Part shown: positions 9,164 through 17,361 of the stretch, piece by piece | Layout: every line of letters begins with the position of its first letter | Numbering within the stretch: position 1 is the first letter of the stretch | Virus record (IMG/VR): IMGVR_UViG_3300044611_001416 | From: an uncultured virus (IMG/VR IMGVR_UViG_3300044611_001416) | Taxonomy: Duplodnaviria; Heunggongvirae; Uroviricota; Caudoviricetes | DNA: 20,000 nt | Reading direction: 5' to 3' (one strand) | Translations under genes and position numbers: made by a program | Notes under the pieces: model-generated | Databases searched by the model: none | Seen by the model: the letters and a program-made list of their open reading frames with translations, nothing else | Told to the model about the DNA's origin: nothing

Positions 9164-9445
9164 ATGGATAAAGAACTAGTATATTTGATTACATGGTTAG
9201 TAACGTGGAGCGACTTCAAATCAAAAGAGGTTGTTCGGATTATTTTTACTAATGAAAAAGAATTACGCAATGTACCAACAATTAAATTAGAAACAACAAA
9301 AACTGTTGAGTTTAAAGGTTCTGTTAAGTCTAAAAAAGAAGAACTTCAAGAGGCATTATCCGTTTTAAAATCCAAAAAGAATAAAACGGTTAAAGATAAA
9401 AATTCTATTGGTGTTCTTGAATCGGTCCTGAATAATTATCGTTAA
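9164..9445 (+). CDS. Hypothetical basic protein
   Basis: The track start at 9149 overlaps the promoter element, so ATG 9164 (MDKELVYL) is preferred. Confidence 0.65.
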   Translation: MDKELVYLITWLVTWSDFKSKEVVRIIFTNEKELRNVPTIKLETTKTVEFKGSVKSKKEELQEALSVLKSKKNKTVKDKNSIGVLESVLNNYR

Positions 9446-9446
9446 C

Positions 9447-9480
9447 AATAACCCCATTTATAAGGTTGGGTTTATTATTT
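9447..9480 (+). terminator. Possible intrinsic terminator
   Basis: Imperfect hairpin AATAACCCC...GGGTTTATT directly after the stop at 9445. Confidence 0.4.
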
Positions 9481-9527
9481 AATTGTTAATTGTTTATAAT
9501 CTTAAATTTTTAACCTATTTATGAAAT

Positions 9528-10250
9528 ATGGATTTAAATAAATATATTACCATCGTAATACCTTGTAAAAACGAAAAAGACATTATATTAAAAACATTGG
9601 ACCTGTTAAATTATCAGTCAGATATATATAATGTGAAAGTTATTGTGTGTGATAAATCAAACGATAATATAACAAACCAATCATTAATTAATAGGATGGG
9701 GAATAAATCAAATAATGATGTGTTTGATTTATATGTGATAGACGGTGGATTACCTGCTAAGGCAAGAAATAACGGGTTTAAATTAGTTACAACACCATAC
9801 GTTTTATTTATTGATGCTGACGTATTTTTGTTGGATTCAAAAACAATCAAGAGAGCTTTTTTAAAAATATATAAAAATAATTTAGATTTAGTGACCACCA
9901 AATTTAGAAGCGACAACGGTAAATACAATTACATTTATAAAACATTTGATTTTTTACAAATAATTTCAAAATGGTCAACACCATTTTGTTTGGGTGGATT
10001 TATGATGATAAAATCTAAAACATTTACTGATTTGGGTGGGTTTGATGAAGAAATAAAAATTGCTGAGGATTATCAATTTTCAAAACAAATTAAACCAAGA
10101 AAGTTTGGTAGAATAAATAATGTTGTTTTTACCCCTCCAAGAAGATTTGAAAATAAAGGAATTTTATATATGACCAAACTATTTTTAGGTTCATTTTTTA
10201 ACAACAACAATAAACCATACTTTACAAAAGACAATGACTATTGGACATGA
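9528..10250 (+). CDS. Glycosyltransferase family 2
   Basis: ITIVIPCKNE, VIVCDKSND, AKARNNG, LFIDAD (DxD), GGFDE...AED and RRF motifs. Confidence 0.92.
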   Translation: MDLNKYITIVIPCKNEKDIILKTLDLLNYQSDIYNVKVIVCDKSNDNITNQSLINRMGNKSNNDVFDLYVIDGGLPAKARNNGFKLVTTPYVLFIDADVFLLDSKTIKRAFLKIYKNNLDLVTTKFRSDNGKYNYIYKTFDFLQIISKWSTPFCLGGFMMIKSKTFTDLGGFDEEIKIAEDYQFSKQIKPRKFGRINNVVFTPPRRFENKGILYMTKLFLGSFFNNNNKPYFTKDNDYWT

Positions 10251-10960
10251 AAACATGGAGAACAATAATAATGAGTGATTTACATCTTGGTGCAAGACAA
10301 TCACAAACAGACAATATTATTAAATTCTTGGAAGAGAATGAGTCTTTAATATTAATTTTAAATGGTGATATCATTGATGGATGGGCACTTAAAAGTGGGG
10401 GGAAATGGAAAAAAGAATGTTCCAAGATATTCCGAAGATTTATGAAAAGAAGTGAGACAGGAACAAAAGTGGTTTATATCAGAGGCAATCATGACGATTT
10501 CTTAAAACCATTCGTACCTTTCTTTATGAATAACATTCAAATCGTTAGGAAGTATATACACATTGGAGTTGATGGTAGAAAGTATTATTGTTTTCATGGT
10601 GATGTTCTTGACTTTGTTATTATGAAAGTAAGATGGTTGGCAGTACTTGGAGGGATATCTTATGACTTAGTAATCAAATTGAATACGTTATATAATTTGA
10701 TTAGGAGAAAGTTTAATCTACCTTATTATTCATTGGCGAATCATATCAAACAAAGTGTAAAGGGGGCAATTAATTTTGTGTCTGACTTTGAAGAAAACGC
10801 CAAAAGATTAACAAAAAGTAAAGATTGTGATGTTGCAGTATGTGGACATATCCACCAACCAAAATTAACTGAAGACTATATGAATTCAGGTGATTTTTGT
10901 GAGAATTCAACTTGTTTAGTTGAAGACTTTAACGGTAATTGGAAAATACTAACATATTAA
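10247..10960 (+). CDS. Calcineurin-like metallophosphoesterase, LpxH/PlcP-like (probably PlcP-type phospholipase C)
   Basis: SDLHLG, GDIIDGW, GNHD, HGD, CGHIH and NSGDF.E motifs, plus the WLAVLG..SYD..RRKF..YYSLA..IKQSVKGAINF insertion. ATG 10247 overlaps the GT2 stop (ATGA). Confidence 0.85.
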   Translation: MKTWRTIIMSDLHLGARQSQTDNIIKFLEENESLILILNGDIIDGWALKSGGKWKKECSKIFRRFMKRSETGTKVVYIRGNHDDFLKPFVPFFMNNIQIVRKYIHIGVDGRKYYCFHGDVLDFVIMKVRWLAVLGGISYDLVIKLNTLYNLIRRKFNLPYYSLANHIKQSVKGAINFVSDFEENAKRLTKSKDCDVAVCGHIHQPKLTEDYMNSGDFCENSTCLVEDFNGNWKILTY

Positions 10961-10972
10961 GTATTTATTAAT

Positions 10973-11686
10973 ATGAGTAATTCAAAATCAAATAATCAAT
11001 TAATTAATTTATTTTATTCAAAATATCTTAAAAAAATTAACGACATTAAAGGTTTAGTTTTTGACTCATCAATTAATGGTGATAATATTATAATCAATAT
11101 TAGTAACCCAAATGATTTATCTTATAGTCCCGACGCTGTTGTTGGTTATTTTGAAGAAGTTGTTCATGACTTTAGTAAATTTATAAATGGTGCGGAAACT
11201 GGTGGTAATCGTCTCTATAAAAATATTTCTGATAGTTTAATTATTTCCATAGATGGTGAATACGCTAAAAACATGAATATTGTTTATGATAAAAAATTTT
11301 ACTTAAATAAACAAGATTTACGTAATGTTGAACATATATGTGACATGATTCGTGTATATAAAATTGATGAGTTTTGGTCCAAATGTAAAGTTACTTTTGA
11401 GAAAGCTTACGTTGAAAGTGGTGACGATATCGCACTTATTGAACTAAACGTTGTCTTATTGACACCTGAATGGGAAGGGCAACCTCTTAGAAATATGGGC
11501 ATTTTAAGTGATAAAATTTCTGAAATGTCAGAAAATGAAAACTTCATTGACTATGAATACGAGTTCGCAAGTTCAGTTACAAGTTTTTTTTGGAATAACC
11601 CATTAATGGTTGATAAGGATTATATGGGGACACAACCTGTACTTAATTTTTATACTCCAGAAGGAAAATTTATAAATTATTGGTAA
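10973..11686 (+). CDS. Hypothetical protein
   Basis: 237-aa ORF with TATTTAT 4 nt before the ATG. Confidence 0.75.
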   Translation: MSNSKSNNQLINLFYSKYLKKINDIKGLVFDSSINGDNIIINISNPNDLSYSPDAVVGYFEEVVHDFSKFINGAETGGNRLYKNISDSLIISIDGEYAKNMNIVYDKKFYLNKQDLRNVEHICDMIRVYKIDEFWSKCKVTFEKAYVESGDDIALIELNVVLLTPEWEGQPLRNMGILSDKISEMSENENFIDYEYEFASSVTSFFWNNPLMVDKDYMGTQPVLNFYTPEGKFINYW

Positions 11687-11706
11687 AAAAAAGGAATTAT
11701 TCCCTT

Positions 11707-11994
11707 TTAGTTTAATTCTCCCCAAAGAACCTTATATTGTAAAGTGTCGACATGGTCAACTTTAACCGAGTCAATCACTCGGTAAATGTTGTAACGATAT
11801 TCATACTGTAATGTTTGAGTTTGACCATTCTTGTAATTCACAAAGTATGTGTTGTACAAGTTAGTGTCAACCTCAACTACACTAACACTCGTTTGAGTAT
11901 TTTTATCCGTTGACAGTGGCTTGAACCCTTTGCAAGAAGTTAACACTAAAAAAGATGCGATAACGCCGAATACTATTAAAACTATTTTTTTCAT
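11707..11994 (-). CDS. Putative lipoprotein
   Basis: MKK plus a hydrophobic stretch ending in the LVLTS-C lipobox. Confidence 0.7.
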   Translation of the reverse strand: MKKIVLIVFGVIASFLVLTSCKGFKPLSTDKNTQTSVSVVEVDTNLYNTYFVNYKNGQTQTLQYEYRYNIYRVIDSVKVDHVDTLQYKVLWGELN

Positions 11995-12014
11995 ATCTTT
12001 AATTATTTATATTG

Positions 12015-12045
12015 CTAAGATACGCATTTATTCTTAAACTACAAA
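12015..12045 (-). promoter_or_regulatory. Bacteroidota-type promoter TTTG-N19-TATCTTAG
   Basis: caaa at 12042-12045 and ctaagata at 12015-12022 on the + strand, upstream of the lipoprotein gene. Confidence 0.6.
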
Positions 12046-12068
12046 CTATTTATTAAAAAAATTTAATC

Positions 12069-13193
12069 ATGAGCTATAAAAGATTCTTAATAAACGAATT
12101 AGAAAAGAAAGACATATTAAAACAATATGACTTATTAGTTGAAGTTGCAACAGTTGACCCTGAACCAGTGTCTACCCTAACTATAGATAAAAATGTTCAA
12201 TTTCGTGGAGGTTATTGGAGTGAAACCTATTTACCAGAAACTTTAGGCCCCGAGATTGAAAAAGTTAAAAAATATTTAAGTAGTGGGGCTGGTAAAATAT
12301 ATTTAGTTAGTGTTACTATTGAATCAGGTGAATCTCAATTACCAAATGTTGACAATGAAAATGGTGGTAAGGCAGTTCCCCCACTTTATTTAGCGACAAA
12401 AAGAAATGAGTCAATTCAAAACTATATTACAACACAATTACAATCATTTGTTGACCAAAAACTATTAATTAGTTTACCTAAGTTTCAAGTTGCTCAACCT
12501 AAAATAGGCGCGACACCATTCCTTGGTGCACCATTTTGTCCTCAAGGAATGACTGATGTACAACAAAGAAATGTATGTGTTAAAAAATATAGAGAGGGTA
12601 AAACCACTATATATAAAACTGATTATGCTGACAAATATTTAACGGAACAATATGTTCGGGTAATTTTAAAGTTAGAAGAACTAACGGGCATGAAAAAGTG
12701 TTTAGATAATATGGTTATTGAAGTTAATTATACTGATTTATCTAAAAAACATGTATGTAATAGTGCTATTTACGAAATATCATTAAACGATGTTAAACTA
12801 TTTAGAGATGATAAAAAACCATATGCAAGTTTAAATAACAATTATAATAAGGCTAAAAACTATCCAGGGATTGATGTATACGATAACACTAAAGTTGTTG
12901 GTGGTAAAAGATTTAATAAATTTATAATAACACCTGAAATTGCTAGTCAGATATTAATTCAAACTATTGGTAAAAACGGAGCTGAAAAACCATCATTTAT
13001 TTTAAAAGCGAAATGTCTTAACCCATTCAATAATACAGACTGGAATGGAGGATGTCATAAAGGTGTTGGTAATATTGTGGTTACGAATGGACAAAAAGAA
13101 GTTTTCAATTATATATCCGCAACTCCTAACGCTAAAGATGAGGTTAAAAATTTGGCGACATTCAATGCTTGTGGTAGTGGTAAAGCACAATAA
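12069..13193 (+). CDS. Hypothetical protein with N-terminal tag and possible OmpA-C-like domain
   Basis: Leader KRFLINELEKKDILKQYDLLVE. VTIESGES..N..LATKRNESIQNYI...EQYVRVIL loosely resembles an OmpA C-terminal fold. Several Cys residues. Confidence 0.6.
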   Translation: MSYKRFLINELEKKDILKQYDLLVEVATVDPEPVSTLTIDKNVQFRGGYWSETYLPETLGPEIEKVKKYLSSGAGKIYLVSVTIESGESQLPNVDNENGGKAVPPLYLATKRNESIQNYITTQLQSFVDQKLLISLPKFQVAQPKIGATPFLGAPFCPQGMTDVQQRNVCVKKYREGKTTIYKTDYADKYLTEQYVRVILKLEELTGMKKCLDNMVIEVNYTDLSKKHVCNSAIYEISLNDVKLFRDDKKPYASLNNNYNKAKNYPGIDVYDNTKVVGGKRFNKFIITPEIASQILIQTIGKNGAEKPSFILKAKCLNPFNNTDWNGGCHKGVGNIVVTNGQKEVFNYISATPNAKDEVKNLATFNACGSGKAQ

Positions 13194-13195
13194 AA

Positions 13196-13612
13196 ATGAC
13201 AGACGATTTAATTGCGTACCCAAGCTCATTTATGCCTAAATTGAATATTAACGTAATCTTCAAGGAGAACCCTAATTACCCACAAATGAAAGAATATTTT
13301 AATATGATGGGTTATGGTTTTCTTGCTCCCGAATTTAAAACAATTTTCTTAGATGGTGAAAACTTTATTGGTGAAAACGCATTCACCTTTGACGATATGA
13401 AATTCGTTGAGGCTCATGAAGTGTCTCATCTTATATTAGGACATAATGGTCCTCGTTCAGAAGAAGATGAGATTGAGGCCGACTTAGGTGCGTACATTCT
13501 ACTAACTAAATATAATATGTCAACAGAACGATTGAAGGACGAGTTTGAACACAGACACGGAGTTCCTTTTTCTGAAGAATTATTGGATAAAGTAAATGAT
13601 AGAATGTTATGA
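13196..13612 (+). CDS. Putative zincin metallopeptidase (HExxH)
   Basis: AHEVSHLILGH followed by EIEAD, as in ImmA/IrrE and M48-like proteins. Confidence 0.7.
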   Translation: MTDDLIAYPSSFMPKLNINVIFKENPNYPQMKEYFNMMGYGFLAPEFKTIFLDGENFIGENAFTFDDMKFVEAHEVSHLILGHNGPRSEEDEIEADLGAYILLTKYNMSTERLKDEFEHRHGVPFSEELLDKVNDRML

Positions 13613-14076
13613 GAGTAATAGTAAATGAAGATGTATATAATAATTTATCTCTGAAGTTTAGTAATGAGTTTAGAAGACGTATTCCCCTTCTTGATAAATT
13701 AATAAAGGTTTTATTACCTCAAATGTTTCCTTGTGACTTTGATGACAAGGATGATTTTGTTAGAGGGGTTATGGATGAAATATCTTGGTTAGTAAGGAAT
13801 GAAAAGTATGGATTAGATATGGTTGACGTTGGTGACATATCAGATTATTTATTTTCAATTAAGAAAGGTTATTTAATCCAATACTATAAAGAACATTGTG
13901 AACCCTCTGAAAATGATATTAACGAAATGATTAAATTAGACATTAAAGTTGGTGACATCCTAATGGGTGGTAAATTTAAAAACAAAAAAGTTGTTGTCAA
14001 AGATATTGGTAAAAACGAAAAAGGTGACATAACTATCAACGGAAAACCATTACTTAGATTTAGAATCCAAAAATAA
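13609..14076 (+). CDS. Hypothetical two-module phage protein
   Basis: N-terminal RRR-type helical module, then INE/MIKLDIKVGDILMGGKFKNKKVVVKDIG as a small basic module. Confidence 0.75.
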   Translation: MRVIVNEDVYNNLSLKFSNEFRRRIPLLDKLIKVLLPQMFPCDFDDKDDFVRGVMDEISWLVRNEKYGLDMVDVGDISDYLFSIKKGYLIQYYKEHCEPSENDINEMIKLDIKVGDILMGGKFKNKKVVVKDIGKNEKGDITINGKPLLRFRIQK

Positions 14077-14092
14077 TTATTATCTTTGACAT

Positions 14093-14173
14093 ATGGATAA
14101 ATTAATTATTGCTCTCACATTATGGTTTTGTATTGTTTATTTCGGTAGAAGTAAGAAAAAGTACGAAGATTAA
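14093..14173 (+). CDS. Small membrane peptide (26 aa)
   Basis: MDKLIIALTLWFCIVYFGRSKKKYED, with TATCTTTG (14081-14088) 4 nt before the ATG. Below the ORF-track cutoff. Confidence 0.55.
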   Translation: MDKLIIALTLWFCIVYFGRSKKKYED

Positions 14174-14207
14174 CTTCAACTGAATATCTAATTCATTTTC
14201 CATCCAA

Positions 14208-14255
14208 CAAAGATAAGAAAATAGTTGTTATAAACAAAATAATATTCTATCTTTG
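14208..14255. promoter_or_regulatory. Overlapping divergent Bacteroidota-type promoters
   Basis: Minus strand: TTTG (14238-14235)-N19-TATCTTTG (14215-14208). Plus strand: GTTG (14224-14227)-N20-TATCTTTG (14248-14255). Confidence 0.65.
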
Positions 14256-14259
14256 CTAT

Positions 14260-14880
14260 GTGGAAGGATACATTTATTTAGGACAGTACTATGACGTGTT
14301 AGGGAGAGAGTTGAATCTATCTGATAAGAAGATAGGATTTTCAATCGACCCTGTCAGTAGAGAATATCAATTAAATAGGACAAAATCTCCCATAGGTTAC
14401 TCGATTATCTCTGTTTTTAAGGTAGACAATATGAATAAGGTAGAAAAGATGTTACATGCAATCTTAGACAGTCGTAGAGTATTTGGTGAGTGGTTTAAAG
14501 ATGATGAAGATACTTTAACAGGTGAGTTCATTAACTTCATGATTGCTTACGGTGGAACAACATGCGATACCACAGAACTCAAACAAAGTCGTGAGACGGT
14601 AGAACTAACACCTGACAATAGATTAGTTGATGTTGCTAATAATTTTGGCCAAGATAAAATGTTAATTAGAACTTATATGGGGATTGATTATGATGTATTA
14701 CTTAACACCAAAGGTATGTTAGTTTTTAATGGTGAGCAGTTTGACACCCCAAATAAATTATACAACAACGGTGTTGTCAAGTTTGTTAAAGGTAAGAAAG
14801 GTAACAGTGGGACTAATAACTTATCTCAATTTAAAATTAAAGAAACAGGTGAGCGATTAGTTGACACCGTAATAGAATGA
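14260..14880 (+). CDS. T5orf172/GIY-YIG-like nuclease domain protein with possible RAMA-like C-terminal domain
   Basis: GYIY, KIGFS..P..RE.QL, VEKMLH..L..RRV.GEWF are T5orf172 hallmarks. GTG start 4 nt after TATCTTTG. Confidence 0.8.
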   Translation: MEGYIYLGQYYDVLGRELNLSDKKIGFSIDPVSREYQLNRTKSPIGYSIISVFKVDNMNKVEKMLHAILDSRRVFGEWFKDDEDTLTGEFINFMIAYGGTTCDTTELKQSRETVELTPDNRLVDVANNFGQDKMLIRTYMGIDYDVLLNTKGMLVFNGEQFDTPNKLYNNGVVKFVKGKKGNSGTNNLSQFKIKETGERLVDTVIE

Positions 14881-14911
14881 TATAAAAAATCTTATTTACA
14901 ATTATTTTTCA

Positions 14912-15739
14912 CTAATCTTTGTCTTTACAGTGACGCGAAGTATGAATCATTACGATTATGTTGATAGGTAAAAAACTTTTAATGTACGACGACAACGTTG
15001 TTTCATTCATAGAATAGGACATCAAAACCAATAAAATGTATTCATCCAAATTGGTTTTAATACAGATTATATCACAAACGTCATCAGAGTTCTCAAAATA
15101 AGAAAGAGCAATATCCTCAATTAGTTTACCGTACTTACCTTGGTCAGGATTACTATCTCTGTTAAACTTTTTCATAGGTTTTTCTTCAGATTCTTTAACC
15201 GTATTTACATCTTCAGTATCAATTTCATAAGTTCCATCAACACCTTTTTCCCACATACCAACAACGGTGCCTTCATTACCTTTCAAGTTTTTGTTTTTAC
15301 TTTTACGATTAAATTTAGAATCAACACTATTAATAAATGGATATAATAATGATTTTTCCCATTTTCTAATACCAAGTTCGATAGGTCCGTTATATTCACC
15401 AGCACTAATTAAAGTTGTATTTTCATTAAGATAAAGACCAACATTGTATTCTTTAAGACCAATCCAAATAGATTTTGGTTTTAGGTTTGTTTTACTACGA
15501 ATCCATTTAGCGACATTAATAGCAAATTCCTTATCTATTTTAACAGGAACAAAACTTTTAACTTTATTGATGAAATCAAGACCAACATTAACAATACCAT
15601 TTTCATAATGAAAAAGTTCCTCATTGTCATACTCAATTCTGTATGTTGGGTTATACGAATATATTCTCGTAACAGACAACTCTGAGAAGAGACTATCTAA
15701 TAATAAGAAAAACTGAGGACCATTAATGATTACGTTCAT
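14912..15739 (-). CDS. Multi-module hypothetical phage protein
   Basis: 275 aa. The N-module resembles the 17043/17362 family, with junctions at YLNE/NTT and TVKE/SEE. TATTTAT lies 5 nt upstream. Confidence 0.75.
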   Translation of the reverse strand: MNVIINGPQFFLLLDSLFSELSVTRIYSYNPTYRIEYDNEELFHYENGIVNVGLDFINKVKSFVPVKIDKEFAINVAKWIRSKTNLKPKSIWIGLKEYNVGLYLNENTTLISAGEYNGPIELGIRKWEKSLLYPFINSVDSKFNRKSKNKNLKGNEGTVVGMWEKGVDGTYEIDTEDVNTVKESEEKPMKKFNRDSNPDQGKYGKLIEDIALSYFENSDDVCDIICIKTNLDEYILLVLMSYSMNETTLSSYIKSFLPINIIVMIHTSRHCKDKD

Positions 15740-15782
15740 AAACTATAAATATTAGTTATTACTAAATATACGGATTACTTAT

Positions 15783-15813
15783 TTTGGTAATGTTAATAAT
15801 TTTTGTATATTTG
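15783..15813 (+). promoter_or_regulatory. Canonical Bacteroidota promoter TTTG-N19-TATATTTG
   Basis: Exact -33/-7 consensus with 19-nt spacing. Confidence 0.7.
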
Positions 15814-15851
15814 TAATGTAGTCAGTTATTAATCTTTAAAAAAATATAGTT

Positions 15852-15926
15852 ATGGAATTAAGTGTGGGTTTATTAGGTATTTGTATATTAATTTTAATTG
15901 CCGTGTGCGATTTAAATAAAAAATAA
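15852..15926 (+). CDS. Small membrane peptide (24 aa)
   Basis: MELSVGLLGICILILIAVCDLNKK, downstream of a perfect host-type promoter and an A-rich leader. Confidence 0.5.
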   Translation: MELSVGLLGICILILIAVCDLNKK

Positions 15927-15992
15927 TTAAACTTATGGTCATTTTAAATATATTTATATTGTGTAAATAATTCATAAAAAAAAATAGAAAAA

Positions 15993-16601
15993 ATGACAAT
16001 TACAGAACAAAGATTACAAGAATTAACCAACGTTGCTCCAACAGTATCAGTCAAAATGGATATGGAGTGGTTGAGTTCAACAACAAACACCGCAGACTTC
16101 CAAATTCGGTTAACAAACACTGGTACATCAGTAATTAAATTAAACGCTTTGATTATTCGTGGTGTTCATTCACCAAAGATAACAACAGGAACTATAACAT
16201 GGAAAGCATTAAATGACAATACTATTCCAGAATGGTTAGGATGGCCTAAAAAAGGAACAACCAACTTACCATATATCTCAGGACAAAGGAAATTAAATTT
16301 CTCTTCAGCAACAAATATCTTTACCAATGAAACATCTCCTATCATACCAACGGGAACAGGAGTAGTAGTTGGAACTTTTAGAGTTTCAACAACAACAACA
16401 TGGAACCCAAATAGTAACTTTGGTTTTGTATGGGAAATGACAACAGGTGGAGTAGTTGGTTATGTAAATTTTGAAACACAGTCTTCAACTACATCACTAC
16501 CAGTTGGTTTTATGCATTACGGACCAACAACAAATACAAATATAGGTAAATGTTTAACAGTAACTGCCCCAAGTGTACAACTATTAAACCCAAAGTTATA
16601 A
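15993..16601 (+). CDS. Thr/Gly-rich beta-sandwich-like hypothetical protein
   Basis: 202 aa starting MTITEQRLQEL. DFQIRLTNTG and the alternating pattern suggest an Ig/cohesin-like fold. Confidence 0.65.
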   Translation: MTITEQRLQELTNVAPTVSVKMDMEWLSSTTNTADFQIRLTNTGTSVIKLNALIIRGVHSPKITTGTITWKALNDNTIPEWLGWPKKGTTNLPYISGQRKLNFSSATNIFTNETSPIIPTGTGVVVGTFRVSTTTTWNPNSNFGFVWEMTTGGVVGYVNFETQSSTTSLPVGFMHYGPTTNTNIGKCLTVTAPSVQLLNPKL

Positions 16602-17027
16602 CAACAATATTCTATTAGCATTAAAACCAAATTGTTTGTTTACCAAATCTAATAACTGATTTTCCCATATATCAGAAGAACCTAAGAAGTCGGTAATAAA
16701 TTCCATACGTTCTTCGTAGAATATAACCACATTAAAATCAAGATTGGTAATGTCGGGTTGTTGTTCACAAACTTCAGGTAGTTCACCACTAAGTTCAGGA
16801 TATTTACCATTATTGTGATAGTTCTTACCATCAACCAATTTAAATAAGTAATTGTCGTGACTATCCTTGGGTAAAACAAAACCAACAGCGTAAGGGTCAC
16901 AACAAATACCCATACCACAATTAAATTCTGCCCAATCATAATAACAATCATCAAAGTTTTTAAACTCTGACTTAAGAAGTTTAAGGAGTATAGATTCTAG
17001 TTTATTATTGGGGATTATATATTTCAT
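16596..17027 (-). CDS. Hypothetical protein, paralog family member
   Basis: 143 aa with a CGMGICCDPY insert and C-terminus LLDLVNKQFGFNANRI. TATTTAT lies 4 nt upstream. Confidence 0.75.
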   Translation of the reverse strand: MKYIIPNNKLESILLKLLKSEFKNFDDCYYDWAEFNCGMGICCDPYAVGFVLPKDSHDNYLFKLVDGKNYHNNGKYPELSGELPEVCEQQPDITNLDFNVVIFYEERMEFITDFLGSSDIWENQLLDLVNKQFGFNANRILLL

Positions 17028-17042
17028 ATAGATAAATATTAG

Positions 17043-17360
17043 TTAATCCGCACCAGAGTCAGAATAGTAGTAAGTAACCTCAACACCAAGTTTATTTTCA
17101 ACCCAATCAGATATAATACTCAAAGTATTGTCGGAGTATAAAGAAAACATAGTGGCAACATCACTAGCAAAGTCGGAACTAATAAAACAATCCTTATCAC
17201 CAATGGAGTAATTCATAATAGGATTTTCACCATCTTCAATAGTTTGACGGGAAGTAAAGAACATATAACTATGGGATGTCTTTAATACATAGGGGTCTTT
17301 CATATCAAGATACTTAAATACGGACTTCTCCAATTGTGACTCTGTTATAATTAATTTCAT
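17043..17360 (-). CDS. Hypothetical protein, paralog family member with MKLIITESQL tag
   Basis: 105 aa: VFKYLD ... MFSL ... ISDWVENKLGVEV. Confidence 0.8.
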   Translation of the reverse strand: MKLIITESQLEKSVFKYLDMKDPYVLKTSHSYMFFTSRQTIEDGENPIMNYSIGDKDCFISSDFASDVATMFSLYSDNTLSIISDWVENKLGVEVTYYYSDSGAD

Positions 17361-17361
17361 A

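Noticed and set aside
9614..10425. Antisense ORFs 9614-9928 and 10222-10425
   Set aside because: They lie opposite the well-supported GT2 and phosphoesterase genes and have no motifs or promoter.
10247..10960. Assigning the symbol lpxH
   Set aside because: The GNHD motif and GT2 linkage favour a PlcP-like protein. This cannot be settled without a phylogeny.
11685..11708. Hairpin AAAAGGAA-TTA-TTCCCTTTT as a terminator
   Set aside because: The position between convergent genes is plausible, but the stem is too short and AT-rich to call.
13002..13239. ORFs 13002-13229(-) and 13045-13239(+)
   Set aside because: They overlap longer genes and have no independent support.
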